Below are positions 1 through 9,102 of a DNA stretch of 46,380 bases, piece after piece (position 1 is the first letter of the stretch; every line of letters starts with the position of its first letter). A model generated the notes under the pieces. The model was given only the letters and a program-made list of their open reading frames with translations, was not told the origin of the DNA and did not search any database. Source of the DNA: a virus; the UHGV virus genome UHGV-0285588. The stretch is one strand, 5' to 3'. Both the position numbers and the translations under genes were made by a program.

Positions 1-262
1 AAGCACCTTAGTTACAGGTTTTAGTATCGTACTGATAAGGTCGCCAATGGCGCCGCGAGGCTGACAGTAAATGTTAACAATATCGTTTTGCTTTAACGAT
101 ATCGACAATTCATCATCAGGGCCAAAAATGCGGCCATTCAGTGCAATCCTGATATCAGATGGAAGGCAGGAATTCTCCAGCCATCTCCACAGATTAGTGC
201 CAGCTGGAACATTACCCGTCTCTTTTGGAACTCCTGGTATCTTCTGAATGTGAATAACCGGC
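1..262 (-). CDS. tail assembly protein I-like, N-terminal 87 aa only; C-terminus runs off the left edge of the window
   Basis: Minus-strand ATG at about 260-262 with an open frame to position 1 ([16 protein letters not shown]...IALNGRIF...[10 protein letters not shown]). Ubiquitin-like pattern of lambda gpI N-terminal domains. Lies immediately after the K-like gene. Confidence 0.4.
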
Positions 263-691
263 ATAAGTCAGGAACCTTAATTTTGTTGATAATTTTTCGA
301 GTGTTTTAAGGCGGTCTGTCTTGACTGCCGTTTTCTCTCGCGCATGCAGTATTTTATCACGACCCCACCACAGCGCGACATGTACCGGGTGACTACCACG
401 GTAGGCGACCACCACATCACCAATTTTTGGATGATCGATGTCTTTCCAGAATGAAACTTCTCCATTGAAACAAGTGACAAAATCTCCGCCACTTGAATAT
501 GAATCATCATGATGAACATTGACATTCATGCACAGGCGATAGAACAGCACCACCAAACCCCAGCAGTCCACTGCATCAACGTGACAACACCTGTCGACGT
601 ATGGCTTACCAGTCATCATTCTTTCAAAATCGTCAAACGGTACGCAGTCCGGGGAATTCTGTGATGTCATAAAGTTTTGCCACGTTGCCAT
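212..691 (-). CDS. tail tip assembly protein K-like, NlpC/P60 cysteine peptidase domain
   Basis: Track ORF of 159 aa. A Cys...His...His arrangement ([17 protein letters not shown]) typical of NlpC/P60. Sits where K sits in a lambda-like M-L-K-I order. Confidence 0.55.
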   Translation of the reverse strand: MATWQNFMTSQNSPDCVPFDDFERMMTGKPYVDRCCHVDAVDCWGLVVLFYRLCMNVNVHHDDSYSSGGDFVTCFNGEVSFWKDIDHPKIGDVVVAYRGSHPVHVALWWGRDKILHAREKTAVKTDRLKTLEKLSTKLRFLTYAGYSHSEDTRSSKRDG

Positions 692-1103
692 TGATTGGGT
701 TCTTTATGGAGATGGAGACAGTTACATCAGACTGATCAAGCGTCACATCGTTCACATAAAGCGTATATGGTTTTAATGGTGTGTCTTTGTCGGTCTCGTC
801 AAAACGCTGGTATAACGCAGTGATAGGCTCAATGCGTCCAGAACCTGACCATAACTTTAAATATTGCTTAAAGTCATTAGCCAGTCGCGCAAACTTCAGC
901 GTGGCATTGATTACCGGTGTGTTCGATTGCTGGCTTCTGGTTACATCCATGCGCACTGGCTGGTAAGTATGACCGCCAAGTACAATATCAGAAAACTCAT
1001 TGCCAACTAGCCGGACATAACCAAATGAAGAATGATAAAAGGTTATGGTGTCATACAGTTTCCAGTTTGGTCTTTTCGACTGGTATTCACGCAATGTTGG
1101 CAT
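633..1103 (-). CDS. minor tail protein L-like
   Basis: 156 aa. [11 protein letters not shown] resembles the WQGRQYQPYPI motif of lambda gpL. Sits between the M-like and K-like genes. Confidence 0.55.
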   Translation of the reverse strand: MPTLREYQSKRPNWKLYDTITFYHSSFGYVRLVGNEFSDIVLGGHTYQPVRMDVTRSQQSNTPVINATLKFARLANDFKQYLKLWSGSGRIEPITALYQRFDETDKDTPLKPYTLYVNDVTLDQSDVTVSISIKNPINGNVAKLYDITEFPGLRTV

Positions 1104-1573
1104 TATGGATACTCCGGCCAGTCTCTGTTAACAATTTCATCGAGCCACAATCTTTGGCTTGGTGGATATTCAACGATAATATCATCAGAGCCATCATCAC
1201 TATTATTTAACGTTTTTGCTATCACGTTTCCTGTCCATGTTACGACGCCACCATTGATGCTGGTTTGAACGGGATAGTCAGTAAAATGCAATGTCTGGTT
1301 TTGTCTTCCACTACCCCCAAGATCAACATCCATTGTAAACCATTCGTTGCATTTATTGAGATACTTGGGACTCCTTAACCACTGCATGAAAGCCCGGTCT
1401 TGCTCCAGAGTAAAAACCCACGTCAAACTCCATGTTACTGCAACATCGGTAGTTAACTTTTGAAATATTGGCGCCCCAACCGCAGGCTGATCGCTGCGGA
1501 ATGGGGTTTGAGTCGTCATGTTCTTGCTGGCCCGCTGCGCCAGCGGAAGCCATGATGGGTAAGCTATAGCCAT
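1103..1573 (-). CDS. minor tail protein M-like
   Basis: 156 aa ORF immediately downstream of the tape measure gene, translationally coupled to its neighbours. Assignment is by position only. Confidence 0.45.
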   Translation of the reverse strand: MAIAYPSWLPLAQRASKNMTTQTPFRSDQPAVGAPIFQKLTTDVAVTWSLTWVFTLEQDRAFMQWLRSPKYLNKCNEWFTMDVDLGGSGRQNQTLHFTDYPVQTSINGGVVTWTGNVIAKTLNNSDDGSDDIIVEYPPSQRLWLDEIVNRDWPEYP

Positions 1574-4500
1574 TATTCTGTCGCCCTTCTGGTTGCAGTG
1601 GTGTGACTGGTAATCGCGTTTGAGATCGGGCCTCCAGCCTCGATATCTGCCACAATCGTCTCAATTGTAACAGACCCGTCACCATTATCTCTCGCTGTTG
1701 ATGATGCTGTTGCTCCGCTGCTGTTATTGATGACATTATTATTAATCACAATACCACCGCCGCTGCCGGTAAGGTCTTTGTTGCTGATAACCCTCCCTGA
1801 ATCTCCAGGAATCATGTATTGATGTCCATTTGAAGCCTGGAATATCTCAGGTAGGTTGTTCTCGCCAACTCTGTACATTGATCCAGCCTGCGCAGGGCCA
1901 CCATTCTTTAATGCCCCGGCAACAGACATTGCTTTAGCCACACCAACCGTAGAAGCAATACCAGCCTGAGCTGGGATTGCGTTAGCTCCAGATGTAGCAA
2001 GCGAGGTCATCGCTGCTGCTGGCGCCATAGCCGCTGCTATTCCTGCCGCCTGAGCGGCGGTTGCGGCAGATGCTGCTGCCATTCCTGCCTGTCCCATGAT
2101 TACTGATTTAAGCCACTCCACGCCCATCTGAACGAATGAGTTAATCACGGCGTTTAACACAGTGCTGCCAATTGACTGTAGCGCCTCGCTAACAGACATT
2201 GAACCAGTCAGGATGCCAGTTAAGGCATTACTTGCAGTTTGTCCAAAAGCATCAAATGCAGCAGCAGCCGCCTGCGTAGCCGCATTCTGCTGACTCCACT
2301 CCTGCCACATGGCATCAAGGCGCTGCTGGCGGTACCGTTCCTCAATAGCTGCTCTGGCCTGCTCAACCTCCGCTATCTTTTGCGGGTAAGCCACCGCGTA
2401 AGCATTGAGCGCTGCTAAATCCTTCTGATAGTTTGTTTCAACGGCAAACATTGGTGATGTCTGCGATTTTAATGCAGCGAATCCTTTTACAGCTTCGACC
2501 CTTTGTTTCTCCGCCTCTGCCTGAGCCTTTATCGCGTTGGCATTATCCCATGCCTTAGCCTTGTACTCTCCAGCGAGCCTTATTTGCTCCTCTGTGGCGC
2601 CTTTTCCTAATGATTGTTGTGCCTGTAGTATTGCTTGCTCTCGACTTAGCTCTCTTGTGCTATCTGCTGTTAGCAATGATTCTTGCCGCAGTTGCTCAAG
2701 TTTGTTGGCGATATTCTCCTGCTCTGTGGCGGCTTTTTGGGCCGCTGATTGAGAATCATTTTGCGCTTTTTCTCTTGCTTTCTCAGCCTCAGTTAAATCA
2801 TATATCTGACCTGCAAGCTCAGCAGCTCTGGCTATCTGATTGGGGTTATCAGTTACCTTAGCTGCCTCCATTCTCGCCTTTGTTACTGCCCTTTGTCTTT
2901 CATCCTGTATTTTTAAAAGTTGGTTTTGCTCCTCAAGATTGAGGATTATCTTGTCAGCTTCTTCTGTTGGGGGCGACACTTGCAAGGATTTTGGGTTGAA
3001 GTTTTGGCCTGCCTGATTTGCTCGGTTTATCTCATCGGCAGTCAGGCCAAATGCTCTTGCTACAGCGCCCTGCACCCTTTCAAGCGTTGATCCCTTCTCA
3101 ATCAGGCTGTCATGCACACCCATAGACGTGAGCATGTTGTTTGTAAGGGTTCTGCGTGCTTCAGATGCGGCTTCCTGAGTTCTTGCTAGTTTTTCCTTGG
3201 CGTTCGCAAGGTCGCGCGATTTTTGATTCAGTTCATCAGTTTTATCTGATGCGATTTTTAGTAACCCGTTTCCTTGCTCTATTGTTGTTCCGAACAGCTT
3301 TCCTCTTGCGGTATAGTCATCAATCTCACCTTTAAGTTTATCAATGCTGTCTTCAAGATCCCGTACATATTCCTCTTGTGCCTGAATAGACTTATTAGCG
3401 TCGGCAATTACCCCCCTTAGCTGGGTGTTATTCATCGCCTTCATTGACTCGTTAACTTGATCCAAGCTATCAGCAAAGCGAATGGATTCTTCTCTGGCCT
3501 GCTGCGCTTTTTGCCAGAAGTAGAAAATTGCCCCCGCTGCTAACGTCGCCGCTCCTGCTGGGCCGCCTATCAATGAAAGAGCCCCTCTGGCAAGGCCAAC
3601 CCCTACCGAAGCTGCTCTGGCCGCAGATGCCGCTCTCGCTGATGCCGCGGCCTGTGCGTTTTCAGCTTGCGCCAAAGACAATGATGCGGCGCTCGCTCTG
3701 GACTTTGCAGCTATAAGAGCATCGAGAGCCAGCGCCTCGGCTGCACTGCCTTTTGCTACGTTATATTCAGCCTGGGCAAGTGCGACAGATGATAGTGCCG
3801 CCTCTTTATCAGCGAAAGCTTTTCTCTGGGTGGCATTGGCGGCAAAGAGTGCAGATTGTGCCTGCTGATTCTCAGCTATTAATTGCTGTCTTGATGCCGC
3901 TATATCTGATATTTTCGCGGCAGTGGACATTGCCAGCGCGCCAACATACCGACTTCCCATTATGCCAGCTACAATGATAAGGGCGCCGCTCAGCGTCTCA
4001 AGGTTCTCACTTATTGTGATGACAGAGTCTCGGAACCCTGCTGCAAATGATTTAACCGTCGAGTTTTCGCCAAAGAACTTCGTTACGTTGTTACCGGCTA
4101 CCTGCAATCCCTTGGCGATTGAGACGGTGGTGTTGGCAAATTCTTTGCCGATTGCATCCCCTTGTGACAGAAGCCCCTTAACTACAACGTCTGTTGTTAG
4201 CTGCCCCTGAGCGGCCATAGCCCTCAACTGACCGATAGAAACACCCATCGAATCAGCCAGAGCTACCATGAGGCGGCTGCCTTGCTCTGACACTGAGTTA
4301 AACTCCTCGCCGCGCAGAACGCCGGAAGCGATACCCTGTGATAGCTGAATGATTGCGTTCTCAGCTTCCTGAGCTGTTGCACCGGATACTGCAAACCCCT
4401 GGTTGATAATAGTGGTCAGGCGGACTAAATCTTCCGCGCTGGTGTTGTACGCCCTGGTTCCTCGCTCAAGTCTGGCGTAAAGAGTCGCCGTGCCGTTAAG

Positions 4501-4854
4501 GGATGACTGGGTTGCTTGTGAAACATCAAAGATCCGCTGCATAACTTCGGTCTGCGTCTCTCCAGTACGAACCGAGTTAGCTACCTTGTTATTTAGTTCA
4601 GTCCAGGCATCGGCGTAACTCGCAACCTGTTGCACAGAAAGCGCCGCGAACAATCCCTTGGCAACGCCAGAAAGGCTGGACATTGTTCGTTCCATCGATC
4701 CAATAGAGCGCTCTGTCCTGTTTACACTGGCCTCAAGTCGCCCCATGTTCCCGCTAAGTCCATTTAGCATTGACTGCAATTCACGACTGCCAGCCACTAG
4801 CTGGGATGTGTCAATGCCAACCTCATAGATAATGCCGCCAACTGTTTCTGCCAT
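1573..4854 (-). CDS. tail tape measure protein
   Basis: 1093 aa. Very Ala/Gln/Glu-rich with coiled-coil composition and long heptad-like stretches. Lies between the chaperone and M-like genes. The internal plus-strand ORFs are spurious. Confidence 0.85.
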   Translation of the reverse strand: MAETVGGIIYEVGIDTSQLVAGSRELQSMLNGLSGNMGRLEASVNRTERSIGSMERTMSSLSGVAKGLFAALSVQQVASYADAWTELNNKVANSVRTGETQTEVMQRIFDVSQATQSSLNGTATLYARLERGTRAYNTSAEDLVRLTTIINQGFAVSGATAQEAENAIIQLSQGIASGVLRGEEFNSVSEQGSRLMVALADSMGVSIGQLRAMAAQGQLTTDVVVKGLLSQGDAIGKEFANTTVSIAKGLQVAGNNVTKFFGENSTVKSFAAGFRDSVITISENLETLSGALIIVAGIMGSRYVGALAMSTAAKISDIAASRQQLIAENQQAQSALFAANATQRKAFADKEAALSSVALAQAEYNVAKGSAAEALALDALIAAKSRASAASLSLAQAENAQAAASARAASAARAASVGVGLARGALSLIGGPAGAATLAAGAIFYFWQKAQQAREESIRFADSLDQVNESMKAMNNTQLRGVIADANKSIQAQEEYVRDLEDSIDKLKGEIDDYTARGKLFGTTIEQGNGLLKIASDKTDELNQKSRDLANAKEKLARTQEAASEARRTLTNNMLTSMGVHDSLIEKGSTLERVQGAVARAFGLTADEINRANQAGQNFNPKSLQVSPPTEEADKIILNLEEQNQLLKIQDERQRAVTKARMEAAKVTDNPNQIARAAELAGQIYDLTEAEKAREKAQNDSQSAAQKAATEQENIANKLEQLRQESLLTADSTRELSREQAILQAQQSLGKGATEEQIRLAGEYKAKAWDNANAIKAQAEAEKQRVEAVKGFAALKSQTSPMFAVETNYQKDLAALNAYAVAYPQKIAEVEQARAAIEERYRQQRLDAMWQEWSQQNAATQAAAAAFDAFGQTASNALTGILTGSMSVSEALQSIGSTVLNAVINSFVQMGVEWLKSVIMGQAGMAAASAATAAQAAGIAAAMAPAAAMTSLATSGANAIPAQAGIASTVGVAKAMSVAGALKNGGPAQAGSMYRVGENNLPEIFQASNGHQYMIPGDSGRVISNKDLTGSGGGIVINNNVINNSSGATASSTARDNGDGSVTIETIVADIEAGGPISNAITSHTTATRRATE

Positions 4855-5561
4855 TATTTTGCTCCTTTGCTTTTAGCGGCCTTTCTGGCGGCTTTCTCTT
4901 TCAGTTTCTGTTTATTCAGCTTAGCCCGCTCATAGGACGCATCATACTGCTCGCGCGTCATGCCTTCCGGTTCCGGGTATTTTGATTTTATCATCTGCTG
5001 ATACTCGGTCATGGTCAGGTCTTCGGCTTCCTCGCGGGTGATTCCGAAATGGGTGCGAGCTGAGATGATGTAATCCGACATTCTCAACTCACTGGTTGTG
5101 CGCTTTTGGTTTTCCGAGCGCTGAGGAACCTTGAGCGGAGACTTTCCGATGATGCCATGCTCCATCAGGTTTCGAGCAATAATAATAATGTCATTTACTG
5201 GCATTCGTCCGGTGACGTACTTAACACCGCGCGGAGTCGGCTTCCATGATCCAATGAGCACCGAGATATCATCATCACAACAGGACTGCATGATGAGGCA
5301 GGCGGCGCTGAGCACCTTCTTACCATAGGCAGGACGTGACAGGATTTTTGCCACCTGAATCTGCGCGCCATATGGCATTGATTGAATGGCGCCGAGTATG
5401 GCCGCGTATTCATAGCCATTAAGCGTAGCGTACAACTCGACAATCTCTTTTGGTGAGCCAAGCTCATTCATCGCTGCAAATGATGGTTTGAAGAAAAAAG
5501 ACTTGTCATCCAGGGAGATGCGCATTTCTCCGATTTCTGTTAGCGGTGTGCGTTGTCTCAT
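4854..5561 (-). CDS. tail assembly chaperone (G/GT-like)
   Basis: 235 aa ORF directly upstream of the tape measure gene with a Lys-rich C-terminal tail. Position is conserved in siphoviruses. No obvious separate frameshifted T ORF was seen. Confidence 0.5.
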   Translation of the reverse strand: MRQRTPLTEIGEMRISLDDKSFFFKPSFAAMNELGSPKEIVELYATLNGYEYAAILGAIQSMPYGAQIQVAKILSRPAYGKKVLSAACLIMQSCCDDDISVLIGSWKPTPRGVKYVTGRMPVNDIIIIARNLMEHGIIGKSPLKVPQRSENQKRTTSELRMSDYIISARTHFGITREEAEDLTMTEYQQMIKSKYPEPEGMTREQYDASYERAKLNKQKLKEKAARKAAKSKGAK

Positions 5562-5658
5562 GTCTAAATCCTGTTTTCATAATGACGTAATTATACCATT
5601 GACAGGGCGTGCAAAGCTGACGTAGATTGAAAGCATAAGGTGATTGAGGGTTTGACAT

Positions 5659-5787
5659 ATGAACGAGACTGATGCTGATTTGAGATTTTACATCGACCTG
5701 TACGTTGATTGCGGGTTTACCTATGATGAGGCCCGCGTAAAGGCGATTTTGTTACTGGCTAAGATTGGCGTAGTGGTTGAGGATTAA
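5659..5787 (+). CDS. hypothetical small protein (42 aa), first gene of a plus-strand moron cassette
   Basis: ATG about 25 nt downstream of a motif promoter. MNETDADLRFYIDLYVDCGFTYDEARVKAILLLAKIGVVVED. Coordinates are accurate to 1-2 nt. Confidence 0.35.
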   Translation: MNETDADLRFYIDLYVDCGFTYDEARVKAILLLAKIGVVVED

Positions 5788-5789
5788 AA

Positions 5790-5942
5790 ATGCCAGTCAA
5801 TAAAGACGACGAAGATGTGATATCTGCATATGCAGGCCAACGCATCGATATAAACTACGCGATAGCAATTCACCTGCGACGCGCTGAGTTTATCGCCAAT
5901 CTGATTTTGTGTGGTATAAAGAATAAAACCAGGAGAGCTTGA
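5790..5942 (+). CDS. hypothetical small protein B1 (50 aa), paralogue of 6278..6430
   Basis: MPVNKDDEDVISAYAGQRIDINYAIAIHLRRAEFIANLILCGIKNKTRRA, about 80 percent identical to the ORF at 6278. Its stop overlaps the TTG/ATG start of the next ORF. Confidence 0.45.
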   Translation: MPVNKDDEDVISAYAGQRIDINYAIAIHLRRAEFIANLILCGIKNKTRRA

Positions 5943-6259
5943 TGGATATTGAATATGTAGGTGAAGATGATGGCGATCATTCTGATGGTGAACTTACAGG
6001 CTTGAGGGAGTCAGCGGACGATGAGAACCGCTATGCATGCGAGCAATACCTTGACGCCTTGGTAACAATTGAACTAGCAACTAAGTTTGCCATGATGGAG
6101 TCTCGCCAGGTTAACAAATCAATACGCGCGTGCTGGTCAGCAATCAGGCCGCGAATTGATAATAAATTAAACCGCCAGATATTCGATGGCATGGCTAATC
6201 AGTTTATGCCGCATGGCGCGCTGTGTATGTTGCGCCGTCAGCTTGATGAGTGTGTATGA
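5939..6259 (+). CDS. hypothetical acidic protein (106 aa)
   Basis: Track ORF, translationally coupled to B1. Asp/Glu-rich N-terminus. Confidence 0.45.
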   Translation: MMDIEYVGEDDGDHSDGELTGLRESADDENRYACEQYLDALVTIELATKFAMMESRQVNKSIRACWSAIRPRIDNKLNRQIFDGMANQFMPHGALCMLRRQLDECV

Positions 6260-6277
6260 TGTTGCGGGAGAAAACCA

Positions 6278-6430
6278 ATGGTGGTTGACCAAACAGATGC
6301 TGATGTCATATCCGCCTATGCCGGACAGTGCATTGACATTAATTACGCGATTGCCATTCACTTAAAGCGATCTGAGTTTATGGCTAATCTGATTTTGTGG
6401 GCGATTAAAAATAAGACGAGGAAGGCGTGA
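6278..6430 (+). CDS. hypothetical small protein B2 (50 aa), paralogue of 5790..5942
   Basis: MVVDQTDADVISAYAGQCIDINYAIAIHLKRSEFMANLILWAIKNKTRKA. GTGA overlap with the next ORF. Confidence 0.45.
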   Translation: MVVDQTDADVISAYAGQCIDINYAIAIHLKRSEFMANLILWAIKNKTRKA

Positions 6431-6627
6431 TAATGAGAGCCATTCATAAAATAAAAAAAGAAAGCCATGTGAACGAAATGATTGAATATTACGGCTGGAT
6501 TTATGTCCATAAATTTAAATCTTCGCATGGTAACATGCGGAGGATAGCAAGAAGAATGGAGCGAGATGGCAAATTAAAGATGATATCTCAAGATAAGTTG
6601 TTTTTTAGATATGTCAGAACAGAATAA
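6427..6627 (+). CDS. hypothetical basic small protein (66 aa)
   Basis: Track ORF coupled to B2. Lys/Arg-rich. Followed by a strong bidirectional terminator. Confidence 0.4.
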   Translation: MIMRAIHKIKKESHVNEMIEYYGWIYVHKFKSSHGNMRRIARRMERDGKLKMISQDKLFFRYVRTE

Positions 6628-6655
6628 ACCCCCTTTCGGGGGTTTTTTTATTGCG
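6628..6655. terminator. bidirectional intrinsic terminator (aaaccccctttcgggggttttttt)
   Basis: GC hairpin flanked by A and T runs, between the convergent 6427..6627 (+) and major tail (-) genes. Confidence 0.7.
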
Positions 6656-7403
6656 TAACGGTAACAACACACTTGGTGGAGTCAACGTAATCAGGACTGG
6701 TTGCCGAATCCATCACGCGGCAGAAGTACGTACCAGCATCACCTGCGGCAGCATCGTCCTTGGTGAACGTGTCGGTAGTAGCACTGCTGATCGGCGAAGT
6801 GCCTTTATACCATTGGTAGGTATAAGGCTTGACACCGCCAGCCGCAACTACCGGACCGAGCGTCAGAGTGTCGTTAGTGGCAACGCTTTTGTCTTCACTG
6901 ATATCAGTAGTCAGCGTCAAATCTTCGATGCTGGACACGTCAACAGTAGAGCCATCATAAGGCTTGAATTCAACTGAGCCGGTGATAATGTCGTTGGTGC
7001 CGCCATCGTAGCTCAGAGCGGTAATGTTGCAGTAGGCAACAACAACGGTATTACCGGTGGTCTGACGCACCCACAGCGAAGGCTGACGACGAGCTTTTAC
7101 TTCGGTGACAAAGTATTTGATGAGGTTATGTACGCCATACTCATCAGCCTTATCAGCCTTGCGAACCTCAAAATCACCAGAAATGGTGAGGTCTGCGGTA
7201 GTGACCAGCGTCGCAACAAAGCCATCGCCATCATCAGCCTCTGAGGTAGTGGTGCTTGGGCTGAAGTCGACGCCTTTTGAGGTCATTGGAGCAAAAAACT
7301 TCCAATCTTCCTCTGCTGGTACAGCATCCCAGCAGCCATCAGCCAGCTCGATGAGCGACTGGCGACCTGTGATGATGCCGTTATCATTTGCACAAATAGC
7401 CAT
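6648..7403 (-). CDS. major tail protein (gpV-like) with C-terminal Ig-like domain
   Basis: 251 aa. The C-terminal roughly 80 aa have a Big_2-like pattern (TLTLGPVVAAGGVKPYTYQWYKG...GTYFCRV). Position matches V in a lambda-like order. Confidence 0.7.
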   Translation of the reverse strand: MAICANDNGIITGRQSLIELADGCWDAVPAEEDWKFFAPMTSKGVDFSPSTTTSEADDGDGFVATLVTTADLTISGDFEVRKADKADEYGVHNLIKYFVTEVKARRQPSLWVRQTTGNTVVVAYCNITALSYDGGTNDIITGSVEFKPYDGSTVDVSSIEDLTLTTDISEDKSVATNDTLTLGPVVAAGGVKPYTYQWYKGTSPISSATTDTFTKDDAAAGDAGTYFCRVMDSATSPDYVDSTKCVVTVTQ

Positions 7404-7448
7404 GTTTAGAATCCTCTCTGTTTAGCTAAACAATCGCATTATATCATG

Positions 7449-7477
7449 TTGACAGCTTTTGATTGGTGGCGTAGATT
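7449..7477 (+). promoter_or_regulatory. sigma70-type promoter TTGACA-17 nt-TAGATT, preceded by TGGCG (motif family)
   Basis: TTGACA at 7449-7454 and TAGATT at 7472-7477. Faces a coding-free, structured region. A same-strand terminator lies at 8281. Confidence 0.55.
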
Positions 7478-7650
7478 TAATGGCAGATAGTTTTCGGTGC
7501 GACTTTGCGGGTTTTTAGAAACTGACCACAAAGATAAATGCAAACGAAGAAATGTATCTGGCAGTAGCCTAACGGCTAAACACCAGCAAGGTCTTCCGAC
7601 TCCTTGTCAATGAATTCGGCGCACTGGCCCGGTGTGATTAATGATGGGCA

Positions 7651-7759
7651 CACAACAGGTAAGAGCATTGTCAGGTAGCTTCAGGGGACACGCCCGCACT
7701 GGTGACGACCTATGCGCAAAAGTACGTGTGGTAAGTCCTGGAGTGCTCTTTCCGTTGTG
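7651..7759 (+). repeat. structured element 1
   Basis: 5' arm cacaacaggtaagagcattg and 3' arm gtgctctttccgttgtg. The arms can pair over about 17 bp and flank about 72 nt. Confidence 0.6.
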
Positions 7760-7865
7760 ACCAGCAAGACCATACAACACGCGCAATAATCTTAACCGTA
7801 GCGTGTGTTGCTGGGCCGGGAATGGGTTAACATTCAAGAGTGAGATGGTGCGTCACTCCACAACA

Positions 7866-7947
7866 CACAACAGGTAAGAGCATTGGGCATTTGAGGGCTG
7901 TTCCACCCTATCTGATGTCGAGCCAAGCCAGTGCTCTTTCCGTTGTG
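7866..7947 (+). repeat. structured element 2
   Basis: Same arms as element 1, flanking about 45 nt of different internal sequence. Confidence 0.6.
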
Positions 7948-8092
7948 GTAATGCGGCTATGCGCACGTGGCAAGGTAGAAATATGCTCCTTTTGTGGGTA
8001 TGCCTGCTGGATTTACCGACCAGCAACCTGGAGGCACCAGGGCCACAACAATAATTCGAATCCTGTCGCGGGAACCATATTCGGTGAGCGCA

Positions 8093-8278
8093 ATGATACA
8101 AATCCAAAAAATCCACTATGATTACTGGCGCATAGCTGACCAAAATAATAGCAGGGTTGCTGGTATATCAAAGGTCGGGAAGTGGTATGTTGTCGCAAAT
8201 GCTAATGGGCGATATGATGCCCGATTCGAATATCTTGGCGATGCCATTGATTATTTATTATGTAGTAATGACTACTAA
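8093..8278 (+). CDS. hypothetical small protein (61 aa) co-transcribed with the structured RNA
   Basis: ATG 8093 preceded by GGTGAG. MIQIQKIHYDYWRIADQNNSRVAGISKVGKWYVVANANGRYDARFEYLGDAIDYLLCSNDY. Its stop is 2 nt before the terminator. Confidence 0.4.
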   Translation: MIQIQKIHYDYWRIADQNNSRVAGISKVGKWYVVANANGRYDARFEYLGDAIDYLLCSNDY

Positions 8279-8280
8279 AA

Positions 8281-8305
8281 GCCGCTCATCAGCGGCCTTT
8301 TTTTA
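8281..8305 (+). terminator. intrinsic terminator gccgctcatcagcggc + T7
   Basis: Perfect 6-bp GC stem followed by a T-run on the plus strand. Abuts the stop of the minus gene 8303..8686. Confidence 0.7.
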
Positions 8306-8686
8306 TTCACCAAAAACAACCCTCAGCAACAATTCATAAACAGGCCTTTTCTCTGTCGTAAGCGTAGGGCGGCCAAGCGGCGCCTGCAACTGAATCATTC
8401 CAATACAACTATCAACTGGATGCTCTTTGATGTATGCGATGACATCAAGCGCTTTTGCCTTTGTTTCTTCGATGTTGTACTGGCCCTGCTGGCCGACAAC
8501 ATAGAGCGAAAAATAATAATCATTGCTGAGGTCTTTGCTTACGTTCGTGCCGCCATTGGATTGCAGCACCATAAACCGATCTGTGCCAACTTCGGTATCG
8601 TTCCAGAACTCAAGCTGAGAAGTCCACCCATCATAAAGACCGGCATCGCTAAGGTACTGGTCAACAAGCTCAAGCATATCTCTCAT
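8303..8686 (-). CDS. tail terminator-like protein (gpU position)
   Basis: 127 aa. Assignment rests on its position immediately upstream of the major tail gene. Confidence 0.4.
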   Translation of the reverse strand: MRDMLELVDQYLSDAGLYDGWTSQLEFWNDTEVGTDRFMVLQSNGGTNVSKDLSNDYYFSLYVVGQQGQYNIEETKAKALDVIAYIKEHPVDSCIGMIQLQAPLGRPTLTTEKRPVYELLLRVVFGE

Positions 8687-9099
8687 TTTAGCGTCATCTC
8701 TTTTTTAATTACCTGATCGACAAGTTCGCGTGTGTTTTCGCCAGCCTTGAGAAGGAATTTAGGCTCGCCGCTTTTATCCCACACGTTACCCTTTCCTTTG
8801 AGCCGTCCTGTGCGCGGCGTATTCGTGCCAAGCAATTTACCTGGTGCATTATGGACATACAGGGCGTAATTAGCGGAATACCCAATCTTGCCAGTTATGC
8901 GAGTGCCATTAACCTCAACGGTGTCATACTGGCTGTTTATCAGCGTTGACGTGGCTACTGGCGTCATGGAGGCCGATTCAGTCCTGATGATGTAGTTGGC
9001 GGCTTTTATTGCTGATACCGCCTTCTCGCCAGTAATCTCGCCGACTATCTGCTGGGTGCGCTTAATCGCCTGCTGGATACCTCGCATTTTGGCGGCCAT
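8683..9099 (-). CDS. tail completion protein, HK97 gp10-like
   Basis: 138 aa. Composition and position fit the gp10/gpZ class. The call comes from a remembered family pattern, not a search. Confidence 0.45.
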   Translation of the reverse strand: MAAKMRGIQQAIKRTQQIVGEITGEKAVSAIKAANYIIRTESASMTPVATSTLINSQYDTVEVNGTRITGKIGYSANYALYVHNAPGKLLGTNTPRTGRLKGKGNVWDKSGEPKFLLKAGENTRELVDQVIKKEMTLK

Positions 9100-9102
9100 A
9101 CA

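Larger units (their letters stand above)
7484..8092 (+). ncRNA. candidate structured non-coding RNA of about 600 nt, containing two tandem inverted-repeat-flanked elements
   Basis: No credible ORF on either strand. It has its own promoter and terminator. There are extensive stem-forming inverted repeats. Confidence 0.4.

Noticed and set aside
2537-4210. Several 60-95 aa plus-strand ORFs inside the tape measure gene
   Set aside because: They are antisense to a 1093-aa gene with a clear coiled-coil reading frame, and their composition is typical of spurious ORFs.
4854-5561. Programmed -1 frameshift (G/GT) in the tail chaperone
   Set aside because: A single continuous 235-aa ORF. No slippery heptamer with a downstream second frame was evident by eye. 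Cannot be excluded without a dedicated scan.
7651-7947. Mini-CRISPR array or RNA anti-CRISPR (repeat mimic)
   Set aside because: Only two units. The repeated words are in inverted, not direct, orientation. The repeats do not resemble enterobacterial I-E or I-F repeats. No cas genes are present.
8040-8070. tRNA gene suggested by a TTCGAATCC-like word
   Set aside because: The flanking sequence cannot form T-, anticodon- and acceptor-stems on either strand.
7607-8198. Minus- and plus-strand ORFs of 60-96 aa in the structured region (7607..7837, 7840..8121, 7853..8143, 8013..8198)
   Set aside because: Cys/Arg/His-rich nonsense-like translations with no ribosome-binding sites. The region is better explained as structured RNA.
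7449-8305. Retron or DGR template region
   Set aside because: No reverse-transcriptase-like ORF anywhere in the window. No variable repeat matching a tail-fibre 3' end was seen.
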